IMG/VR virus record: IMGVR_UViG_3300021067_000001
Location: 1 to 64,000 of that record
Direction: 5' to 3' (one strand)
DNA: 64,000 nt
Source: a virus
Shown piece by piece: positions 18,394 to 25,394 of this stretch (positions are counted from its first letter, which is position 1; every line of letters begins with the position of its first letter). The position numbers were made by a program, and so were the translations under genes. Under the pieces are notes generated by a model. That model was not told the DNA's origin, made no database searches, and worked only from the letters and a program-made list of their open reading frames with translations.

Positions 18394-20258
18394 TGGTTGA
18401 TACTGATCGTCTGGACCTTACTCTGGTGGAGGGCACCGACACTATTGGCGGTACGGGTGGCTTCAAGGACAAAGTGAACGCAGCCCTGAGCAAGCTGGAT
18501 ACTGCTGTGGGATATGTTCTTTGCACTTCTACCACACGTCCGGGTGTTGGAGTTCGTTTCCCTGGAATGCAAATCAGAGAAAGTGATACTGGGCGACGTT
18601 ATATTTTGAGTGCGAATGATAAATGGACTCGAATTGGCGGAGATACTTTCGACTCCACTGGAAGCGGAAGTGTTCGGTCCATTCGTCCAGCTCGTCCGCT
18701 TGGGATGGATACTAATCACAGCGCTTTTCCCGCAGTTCTATATAAGCAAGATGGCGAAATCATATGCGTATACCGCCAAGGTAGTGACCATATTACAGCC
18801 CGCGACGGATATTTGCGGGTAACCCGCAGTAGTGATATGGGACGAACTTGGACTACCCCCTCCACTCTCTTGCAGATTGGTGGAATTGATCTACGAGATC
18901 CTGGACTTTCAGAGAGTCGGGATGGCACTAAAGTTTGGTTGACATATTGCAAGACAACTTCAGCAGTGCCTTTTGGTGGTGCTTATTTCCGAGTTTCCAC
19001 TGATGGTGGCGTAACTTTTGGTGCAGAGACTCGAATTGATCACGGAACTACGGCGGCTTGCGTTGCTCCAATCATCGAGACACTGAATGGCAATCTCCTG
19101 ATGCCTTGGTATGGAACCTTGGCAGGAGAAACAAACCGTTCTTCTTGGGTAAGTCGTTCCACAAATGGCGGCACAAGCTGGACGCATACGCGAATTGTGA
19201 ATGGTCATGTTGATGGGCGGATGTATGACGAGCCGTACCTGGCAATGCTGCCGGGAACAAATAAAATTGCATGTATGTTTCGCTGGGGCGCTATTCAGTC
19301 AATCGGATTCGCTCTGTCCACGGATGGGGGAACCATTTGGTCGGCTGCTGCAGAGAAGTTCCCTGGAACGGGCAAGCCGAATTGTTTTTGGGTCAATGAC
19401 AATACTCTTGCTGTTATCTTCCGAAAGTTGAACACGACGCAAGCCGTGGTTCGTTACACGCGGAACGACGGAGTAACGTGGTTCGCAGAAAAGCTCATTG
19501 AGCCCAAGCGATCCTCCGGTGGCTGGATGTCCTATTCGGATACCACACAGGTTCAGCGAGGCGTGTTCTTTTTCGCACTTGGACAAGAAACTCTGAGTAC
19601 TGCTTCTCGCATTTACTTTGGATATGTTGGAGAGGCTGGTTCTGCTACGCCCTTCGGAAACATTCCAAGCGAAGCCTTGGCTGCGGCGGAGAATAGTGAC
19701 AATGTTCTTCTTGCCACCAACTTTGATCAACCGGATGGATTACTTACGGACCCGTGGACTGTTTACGCAGGTAGTCTGACAGTTACCAATGGAGAAGTTG
19801 CCTCTACCACCGCTGATGCCACGCAAGATTTTGCGCGTGCCTATGTCGGCACAGGAGAGGTGGATGTCGAGGCTGAGTTTGTTGCACTTTCTACGGGAAC
19901 CAATACGGGATATGCGATTATTTTTCGCCATACCGATGCTAATACGCATCTTATGTTCACGAATGAAACGCTTGGGACTCGCCTACGGCTGTACAAATTT
20001 TTTGCGGGATCTCCGACAATGTTAGCCGAGGTAATTGCAGATCATCTTCCGGATACTTATCACAAGCTCCGAGTGGTGGCTCGCAACAGAATCATTCGTT
20101 GTTATTGGGATGACAATGTGGTGATTAGCCATCTTCTTTCCACTGGAGATTACGCAACATATGGAAGTGGTCTCACTCCTGGGTGGGTTGGATTCAGTGT
20201 ATGGAGTCGCACCGATAACTCTGTGACTAAGTGTCGACGATTTATTGCGAGGGGATGA
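18390..20258 (+). CDS. BNR/Asp-box sialidase-fold plus ConA-like lectin-domain tail protein (putative receptor-binding/depolymerase)
   Basis: Five Asp-box-like repeats: SSDMGRTW, STDGGVTF, STNGGTSW, STDGGTIW, RNDGVTW. The C-terminal ~190 aa look like a jelly roll. Last gene of the tail module. Confidence 0.7.
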   Translation: MMVDTDRLDLTLVEGTDTIGGTGGFKDKVNAALSKLDTAVGYVLCTSTTRPGVGVRFPGMQIRESDTGRRYILSANDKWTRIGGDTFDSTGSGSVRSIRPARPLGMDTNHSAFPAVLYKQDGEIICVYRQGSDHITARDGYLRVTRSSDMGRTWTTPSTLLQIGGIDLRDPGLSESRDGTKVWLTYCKTTSAVPFGGAYFRVSTDGGVTFGAETRIDHGTTAACVAPIIETLNGNLLMPWYGTLAGETNRSSWVSRSTNGGTSWTHTRIVNGHVDGRMYDEPYLAMLPGTNKIACMFRWGAIQSIGFALSTDGGTIWSAAAEKFPGTGKPNCFWVNDNTLAVIFRKLNTTQAVVRYTRNDGVTWFAEKLIEPKRSSGGWMSYSDTTQVQRGVFFFALGQETLSTASRIYFGYVGEAGSATPFGNIPSEALAAAENSDNVLLATNFDQPDGLLTDPWTVYAGSLTVTNGEVASTTADATQDFARAYVGTGEVDVEAEFVALSTGTNTGYAIIFRHTDANTHLMFTNETLGTRLRLYKFFAGSPTMLAEVIADHLPDTYHKLRVVARNRIIRCYWDDNVVISHLLSTGDYATYGSGLTPGWVGFSVWSRTDNSVTKCRRFIARG

Positions 20259-20267
20259 GGGGAAATA

Positions 20268-20672
20268 ATGCCTTGGCGAAGAAATAAAATTCAAAGGTGG
20301 GTCTATGGAATAAACTATGCTTTATTTTCTGTAGCAGGGGTATTTGCTTTTTTCTTCCCTTCCCAGGCACTAGAAAATGCTTTGCAAAGTTTTCTGGTAT
20401 TTGTTTGGGCAGGCTTTTTGGTTGCCGGGGGATTGGCATCTCTATACAGCCCATTGCGCAATACTTGGAAAGGAGAAATGGTAGGTTTACCTCTGCTAAT
20501 TACTTCCAGCTGGATTTTCGGCATTGCTTTGTTAGGATACGCGACGACACCGGCTGCTTTCGCCATAGCGTATATATTCTGTGGCATAGGATGCGGATTC
20601 CTAGGTCGTTGGCTGGACATCCGAAGATTTGCAGTCATATCTCAGGAGGTGGGGCGCGATGGAGCCGGTTAG
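20268..20672 (+). CDS. integral membrane protein (about 4 TM; holin-like candidate)
   Basis: 134 aa dominated by hydrophobic helices (YALFSVAGVFAFFF, FLVFVWAGFLVAGGLASL, LLITSSWIFGIALLGY, AFAIAYIFCGIGCGFLG). Confidence 0.6.
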   Translation: MPWRRNKIQRWVYGINYALFSVAGVFAFFFPSQALENALQSFLVFVWAGFLVAGGLASLYSPLRNTWKGEMVGLPLLITSSWIFGIALLGYATTPAAFAIAYIFCGIGCGFLGRWLDIRRFAVISQEVGRDGAG

Positions 20673-21000
20673 CGGCCTACTTGTTGCGTTGTTTGGGGCA
20701 GGCGGTGCCGGGGCTGTTTCCGGAATTATTGCGCTTATCCGTTTGATTCGACAAGGCAAAGTAGAAAATGAAGAAACTCTGATAAAACGATTGGATGCTG
20801 ATAATAAGAGGCATGCTGAACGAGCAAACAATGCAGAAGAACGCGCCGATAGAGCTGAGCGAGAGGCTGAGGAGTATCGTAGAGCGCGAGATCGGGCGCA
20901 GGATAATGCGGCGATATTACGTCGTGCGCTAATTGAAAGTGGAATTCCATTACCTAAATTGGAGACAGAGCGGAGCAGGTCGGATGACGACGGAAGTTGA
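20659..21000 (+). CDS. N-terminal TM plus Arg/Glu-rich coiled-coil protein
   Basis: ATG 20659 with CAGGAGGTGG RBS. LLVALFGAGGAGAVSGIIALI is followed by a charged helix (RADRAEREAEEYRRARDRA). Confidence 0.5.
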   Translation: MEPVSGLLVALFGAGGAGAVSGIIALIRLIRQGKVENEETLIKRLDADNKRHAERANNAEERADRAEREAEEYRRARDRAQDNAAILRRALIESGIPLPKLETERSRSDDDGS

Positions 21001-21652
21001 ACAATATATTGCAGAACATAAACGGCGTCATCTATCGCAAATTTTCGGTAATATTGCTGTGCTTCTCGGAATCGCCTGTCTTTCCATAGCAGTTGTAATT
21101 CTTTATATGCGGGATGAACAAAGTCAGTATGTAATCCAAGGGCAACAGCAAACTGTAAAGTATACTTGTGAAGCAGCCGAGGGCGAGCCACTTCCTGAGG
21201 ATATTCAGGAGGACTGTGAGGCTGCTAAGCGCAATGAATTGCCACAACGTATCATTGACGACCCTGATCCGAATGATCCTGAAATGCAGGATTTAGAAGA
21301 TCAGGAGCCTGAGCGCCAGGATCCAGAAATCCAGGAGAGTGAAACGCAAGATCCAGAAGCCCCTGACATTGAATCTAACGATCCAGATCCGCTTGATGAT
21401 CCCGATCCGCTTGACGACCCAGATCCAGATGATCCAGATCCTGATGACCCTGAAGAGCAAGACGAAGAGATCCAGGATGAAGAGATTCAGGAATCTGAGC
21501 AGCAAGAGGCTGAAGAGCAGGGTCGACCGGTTTGTAGAGATGGATATGTGGAAGCTGATTTTCATTACTTTGGGCCAAATGGAGTTGATGACGTAGAAGG
21601 ATCGCCTGGGGATGATGATGAAGATTGGCTAATCTGCAAGAGAGTTGGGTGA
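20984..21652 (+). CDS. membrane-anchored acidic Pro/Asp-repeat protein
   Basis: One TM helix (IAVLLGIACLSIAVVILY), then DPDPNDPEMQD...DPDPLDDPDPLDDPDPDDPDPDDPEEQDEEIQDEEIQ. Confidence 0.55.
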   Translation: MTTEVEQYIAEHKRRHLSQIFGNIAVLLGIACLSIAVVILYMRDEQSQYVIQGQQQTVKYTCEAAEGEPLPEDIQEDCEAAKRNELPQRIIDDPDPNDPEMQDLEDQEPERQDPEIQESETQDPEAPDIESNDPDPLDDPDPLDDPDPDDPDPDDPEEQDEEIQDEEIQESEQQEAEEQGRPVCRDGYVEADFHYFGPNGVDDVEGSPGDDDEDWLICKRVG

Positions 21653-21656
21653 GATT

Positions 21657-21830
21657 ATGACGCATGAACACACGATTGGATCGCCCGTTGATTTGCAGGC
21701 TTTCCATGGTCACGGCGAGGTAGGCGGTCCGGAACATGACCGTGATTTGCCAAACGCCTGGGAATTGCCGGAGTATGACAATGTAGAGGATTCCTTGGCT
21801 CCCCCGCTGGATGGCGATTTGGAGGACTAA
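21657..21830 (+). CDS. small acidic protein
   Basis: ATG 21657 (the ORF opens at TTG 21645); 57 aa, Asp/Glu-rich. TAATG coupling to the endolysin gene. Confidence 0.4.
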   Translation: MTHEHTIGSPVDLQAFHGHGEVGGPEHDRDLPNAWELPEYDNVEDSLAPPLDGDLED

Positions 21831-22714
21831 TGCCTTTGCTTTTGGTGCAAAAAGGGCATTGTTATAGAACAACCGGGGCTACAGGCACGACCGGTGAACA
21901 GCAATATGCAACGCAGGTTGCAGATGCTTGCGTTCGTTTGCTAGATGGTAAGAACGGTTGGGATGTCAAGGCGGTTCTGGCAGACATTTCTTTGGATTCT
22001 TACCGCGCTGACGCTTTTGCTGCAGTACATTGCGATGGATCTACCAATCCCACCGCGCGGGGATCTTCAGTTGGCTATAAGACTCCTGAAGGACAAAGAC
22101 TTGCGCAAGCCTGGGAGAGAGCTTATGCAGCTCGGGGTTGGCCAATTTTTCGCGATGACAATTACACGGCAGCTTTGAAGAATTACTACGGCGTTAGCAA
22201 TGCAATTTCAGCTGGCTGTCGCCGAGCATTCATCATGGAATGCGGATTCATGACGAATCCTGAAGATCGTCTATTGATGACGGAGCCTGGCGGCGTGGAT
22301 CGCGTCGCCCTGGCGTTGGGCGATGCACTTGGAATCCAAATGGAGGGTGACGTGGCTGAATCGCGGACGGATGTAACGCATGCGTATCGTTGGTGGTCAT
22401 TTCAGAAGGCTGAAGAGCGAATTCCTGCTGCTCATCGAGCTGCTGTTCCAGAGCTTTTCAATCCTCAAGGGCTTGGCGAAGAGTTGCCGATGGTATCGCA
22501 TCTTCTTTCTGAAATGGGAAGAGTTCAGGCCATGGTGCGGATGCAGGAACGCGTTAGCTTTGGTCCTGCGGGAAGAGTGACTGATGAAGGTCGCACAGGT
22601 GAAGTCAATCTACTCGCTCGTAAGTTGAACAAGATGGAAAAGGACATCGAGGAAATCAAGTCAATTCTTCTTGGAAGCGGTGGGCCGCTTCCTGGCGGCA
22701 GAGGGAGCGAGTGA
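21830..22714 (+). CDS. endolysin, N-acetylmuramoyl-L-alanine amidase (Amidase_3-like)
   Basis: AFAAVHCDGS and RRAFIMECGFMTNPEDRLLM fit the His...Glu zinc-amidase pattern. Adjacent to the holin gene. Confidence 0.8.
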   Translation: MPLLLVQKGHCYRTTGATGTTGEQQYATQVADACVRLLDGKNGWDVKAVLADISLDSYRADAFAAVHCDGSTNPTARGSSVGYKTPEGQRLAQAWERAYAARGWPIFRDDNYTAALKNYYGVSNAISAGCRRAFIMECGFMTNPEDRLLMTEPGGVDRVALALGDALGIQMEGDVAESRTDVTHAYRWWSFQKAEERIPAAHRAAVPELFNPQGLGEELPMVSHLLSEMGRVQAMVRMQERVSFGPAGRVTDEGRTGEVNLLARKLNKMEKDIEEIKSILLGSGGPLPGGRGSE

Positions 22715-22715
22715 A

Positions 22716-23195
22716 ATGATAAGCAATAGCGAGCGAATTACAAAGAACTGGGCTGGAAACACTTTTGACAGAGTTTGGCGAACTGGTCTCCAAGTGTTTC
22801 TTGCATATTTGAGTGTCGCTCAACTTTTTCACATGGTTCAATGGATTCCCGCAATTTCCTCTGCACTATTCGCAATGCTTCTTTCCGCGCTTACCAGTTT
22901 GGTTGCGATGCCGAGCTTTGGCGAGGCTTGGTATTTTCAAGTTGCTGAACGGGCAGTCAAGACATTTGCACAGTCTTTGCTGACTTTTATTGGCGCTGCC
23001 GCTGCATTCGATGAAGTTGATTGGAGAATGGGATTTTCCGCTGCAATTGTGGCGACAATCTACAGCGTTGGTACCAGCATCTTGACAACGCGCGTTGGCG
23101 AGCAAATTGCCAAGGGTAACGTTGATCTTACCATTCCAGATTCATATCGTCGTCCTACAGCTGCCAATGGTAGTTCAGGCGGAACGGGATTTTGA
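22716..23195 (+). CDS. holin (r1t/LL-H-like, tentative)
   Basis: ATG 22716. Hydrophobic helices and an ERAVKTFAQSLLTFIG motif. Last gene before a strong terminator. Confidence 0.65.
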   Translation: MISNSERITKNWAGNTFDRVWRTGLQVFLAYLSVAQLFHMVQWIPAISSALFAMLLSALTSLVAMPSFGEAWYFQVAERAVKTFAQSLLTFIGAAAAFDEVDWRMGFSAAIVATIYSVGTSILTTRVGEQIAKGNVDLTIPDSYRRPTAANGSSGGTGF

Positions 23196-23247
23196 AATTC
23201 GCGCATAGGGTAGGATAGAGTTAGCGACCATGCTGGCTCGCAAATTG

Positions 23248-23280
23248 GCCCCAGAGGTATGCAGCAGATACCTCTGGGGC
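23248..23280 (+). terminator. terminator hairpin ending the late (lysis) operon
   Basis: GCCCCAGAGGTAT-gcagcag-ATACCTCTGGGGC gives a 13-bp perfect stem. The downstream U tract is weak (tgattcgtattc). Confidence 0.6.
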
Positions 23281-23389
23281 TGATTCGTATTCGCGCGCTG
23301 GGTGACCTAGACCATCTTCCCTCCCAGGGGAGGTGGTCACCCTCCCTGGTGCAAATGCTACGCATTTGCCAAGGTGCGCGTCTAGGCTA

Positions 23390-23640
23390 CGCTGTACCTT
23401 ATCGCGTATCCGCGCCAGGAACAATCGCGGGGTAAACACATTCGCGCGCAAAAACGCGCGTGTGGCGACGCTGGCGCGATATCGCGCTGGCGCGGCAAAA
23501 CTACGGGCGCATATGCGCGCGCGTAGTATCATCGCGTACTGGCGCGCGAAAACACAATCGCTCGCGTATTTCATGTCTCGCGCGAATCCAGAGGAAGCGC
23601 GCGCGTTCATTTGTTTCTCGCGCGTGGGCGTCACTTTTAC
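23390..23640. repeat. CpG-dense palindrome/iteron-like block
   Basis: Perfect palindromes GCGCGATATCGCGC (23474-23487) and GCGCATATGCGC (23507-23518). CGCGCGcaaaaaCGCGCG at 23443-23460. Recurring CTGGCGCG x3, TCGCGTA x3, TCTCGCGCG x2. About 45 CpG in 240 nt by hand count. Confidence 0.8.
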
Positions 23641-23653
23641 AGATCGTCTTCCA

Positions 23654-23701
23654 CCCCCACCCCCACCCCTACCCCATAACCCCTTCCCCTCCCCCTCCCC
23701 C
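23654..23701. repeat. C-rich tract with eight runs of C4-5 (G-quadruplex/i-motif potential)
   Basis: CCCCCaCCCCCaCCCCtaCCCCataaCCCCttCCCCtCCCCCtCCCCC. The complement carries eight G4-5 runs. Confidence 0.85.
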
Positions 23702-23927
23702 TGCTTCGCGCCCGCGATCCTTATGCGCTTTCGCGCGTCGAGCCGCTAGGCCGAACGGAGTAGCCGCAAGTTACGCCATTCGGGGGATACCGCCGCCCAG
23801 GGGCCGTGGGGTAGCGTTCTCCTCGTTGGGCCGAACGGAGCGGAAGCCCCCGAAAGCCCCTCAAGGCTCCAGGGCCAGCGAGAAGGCGTAAGGCGCGCTC
23901 CAGCCAGGAACCTGCCGAAAGAGAAGC

Positions 23928-23956
23928 TAGACTTTTCCACGCAAGTCGGGTAAGGT
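23928..23956 (+). promoter_or_regulatory. promoter-like element P1 (TAGACT-N17-TAAGGT)
   Basis: cTAGACT, then 17 nt ending in GGG, then TAAGGTAC. The same architecture recurs at 24016 and 35941. Confidence 0.4.
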
Positions 23957-24015
23957 ACGAGTTAGCGCAAGGGTAAGGCCGGCAGAGGCTCCGAGCGCTA
24001 GGGCAAGACCCGGAC

Positions 24016-24044
24016 TAGACGCCCGGGGTAAGGTACGGTAAGGT
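24016..24044 (+). promoter_or_regulatory. promoter-like element P2 (TAGACG-N17-TAAGGT)
   Basis: cTAGACG, then 17 nt, then TAAGGTAC. The spacer contains a tandem copy of GTAAGGTACG (24028-24047). Confidence 0.4.
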
Positions 24045-24049
24045 ACGCG

Positions 24050-24533
24050 GTAGCGGGTCCGACCCCCGCATCGCAGAAGGAGTCGCCACAGCGGCTCGTA
24101 ACGAGGTCACGACAGGGTAACCCCTGAAGGCTGCGGCAGCATCAGCTGCCCGACGCAGCACGCAGGGCTCCGGTGATCACTGTGGATATGTGAATAGAGA
24201 GAGCGCGAGCCATACTCGCCGACGGCCAGTCCAAGATCCTCCGTAGGAGGGGAGACCGCCAGGGAACCGGATTAGCAACCCGGGAAGTCGAGCCGAGCAG
24301 ACGCAGAGGGAACCGGTGCGCACCATCGCAGCCGGAAAACTAGCCAAGAAGGGCGAAAACTCTGCAGGAACCGTAGCGCCGCTGGAAGAGCCGGAGAACC
24401 AGTAATAGGCCGGTAAGTCAGATGCCGCCAAGAGAACCTTAGCTTGTGATCGGCAGCCTACCCCTAGCCATTTAAATCGGCATGGAGTAGGCTGCCCTCC
24501 AGAGGTTAGGGATCAAGAACTTAGGGAGACGAG
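24050..24533 (+). ncRNA. candidate ~480-nt untranslated leader or structured ncRNA (unclassified)
   Basis: No ORF with an RBS. Purine-rich. AGGGAACCGG occurs twice (24261, 24307), with further GGAACC copies. A 10-bp stem GGCAGCCTAC/GTAGGCTGCC spans 24452-24496. Lies downstream of P1/P2. Confidence 0.3.
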
Positions 24534-24701
24534 ATGTTATTTTCGATTATGAACGGAACGTTGAAGGTAGCGGTTCGAGTGTTGCCGCCTAAGGTTGGAG
24601 AGGAAGTTATCGCATTCGTTTTTCCGGAACTTCCTTGGCGCTTCAAGGTAGTTTCGGTGAACGAGAAGGAGCGCACGGCTCACGTGCACCGCATCTACTA
24701 G
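24534..24701 (+). CDS. small hypothetical protein (55 aa)
   Basis: ATG with GGGAGAC RBS. MLFSIMNGTLKVAVRVLPPKVGEEVIAFVFPELPWRFKVVSVNEKERTAHVHRIY. Below the ORF-track cutoff. Confidence 0.5.
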   Translation: MLFSIMNGTLKVAVRVLPPKVGEEVIAFVFPELPWRFKVVSVNEKERTAHVHRIY

Positions 24702-24767
24702 CCGGTCGAAACGCCGCAAGGCGTCGGACGCAAGGCAGCGTCCCTGAAGATGACCTGAGGAGTAGAA

Positions 24768-25208
24768 ATGACCGAGATCACGGCCAACGAGACCACCGCG
24801 ACTGACGCCAAGACCGCGAAGGCCAAGGACTTCACCGCCTACGTCGCCAAGAAGCCGACCAGCCTTCACGAGCACTACGCGGCGTGGATGCTGGAGAAGA
24901 CCGGCCTGGAGCTGAACGTGCAGTCCGATGACGTGACGAAGATCGTGCAGCTGGCCGTCAGCCTCTACCACGACTACCAGGCCAGCCCGGAGAACAAGGC
25001 GCGGCGTGAGGCGGAGCAGGCCAGCAAGCCGGCCAAGACGCCATCCAAGGTCAAGCAGGAGCTGGCCAACAAGGATGCCGAAATCCAGCGCCTGAAGGCT
25101 GAACTGGAGGCTGCGAAGGCGACGCCGGCCAACGGTGCTCCGGCGGCTACGGCTACCGGTGAGGCATCGGCGAAGCCGGTCGGCCGGCGCACCGTCGCCA
25201 AGAAGTGA
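24768..25208 (+). CDS. Ala/Lys/Pro-rich-tailed protein, paralog A (putative nucleoid/DNA-associated)
   Basis: GAGGAG RBS. Conserved core DFTAYVAKKPTSLHEHY..W...KTGLEL...KIVQLAVSLY..YQASPENKARR, then an A/K/E/P low-complexity tail. About 60% identical in the core to 36014..36508. Confidence 0.75.
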   Translation: MTEITANETTATDAKTAKAKDFTAYVAKKPTSLHEHYAAWMLEKTGLELNVQSDDVTKIVQLAVSLYHDYQASPENKARREAEQASKPAKTPSKVKQELANKDAEIQRLKAELEAAKATPANGAPAATATGEASAKPVGRRTVAKK

Positions 25209-25286
25209 CATGATTCTCAAAAAACTGAATAGGAGGCCCGACCCCGAAATGGGGCAGTAAGCCAGAGTCGAATCTGGACGGGCCAC

Positions 25287-25394
25287 GTGAACCTCAAGAC
25301 AAAGGTTACCATCGGGGCTTTTCTCGGTGGCGCCATGATCGGTCTGGCAATTTGGATGATGCTCGGGTGCCCCGACTTCATCCCCGGAATTTGA
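25287..25394 (+). CDS. possible 35-aa membrane peptide
   Basis: GTG start. VNLKTKVTIGAFLGGAMIGLAIWMMLGCPDFIPGI. The RBS is weak and the ORF fills an otherwise empty 200-nt gap. Confidence 0.3.
   Translation: MNLKTKVTIGAFLGGAMIGLAIWMMLGCPDFIPGI

Noticed and set aside
20601-21191. 196-aa minus-strand ORF across the lysis-cassette membrane genes. Similar long antisense ORFs occur at 34270..34926, 39342..40016, 39971..40618, 41911..42633, 43689..44336, 49911..50507 and 58343..58930.
   Set aside because: All lie antisense to motif-supported + strand genes. They lack RBSs and translate to low-complexity sequence. They are typical shadow ORFs.
23333-23891. + strand ORFs of 138 and 143 aa, plus minus-strand ORFs at 23221..23634 and 23746..23940, inside the ORF-free block.
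   Set aside because: Their translations are Arg/Ala/Pro strings generated by the CGCG repeats and the C tract. They have no RBS and no coupling to neighbouring genes. I treat them as non-coding.
23390-24050. Possible CRISPR-like or ToxI-like repeat array, because of the recurring short words.
   Set aside because: The repeats are only 8-14 nt long, irregularly spaced and degenerate. There are no 24-40-nt units with uniform spacers and no cas or toxin gene nearby.
23745-24533. tmRNA, RNase P RNA or a group I intron as the identity of the large non-coding stretch.
   Set aside because: I found no T arm/acceptor pair, no tag-peptide reading frame, no recognisable RNase P conserved core and no interrupted host gene. 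It remains unclassified.
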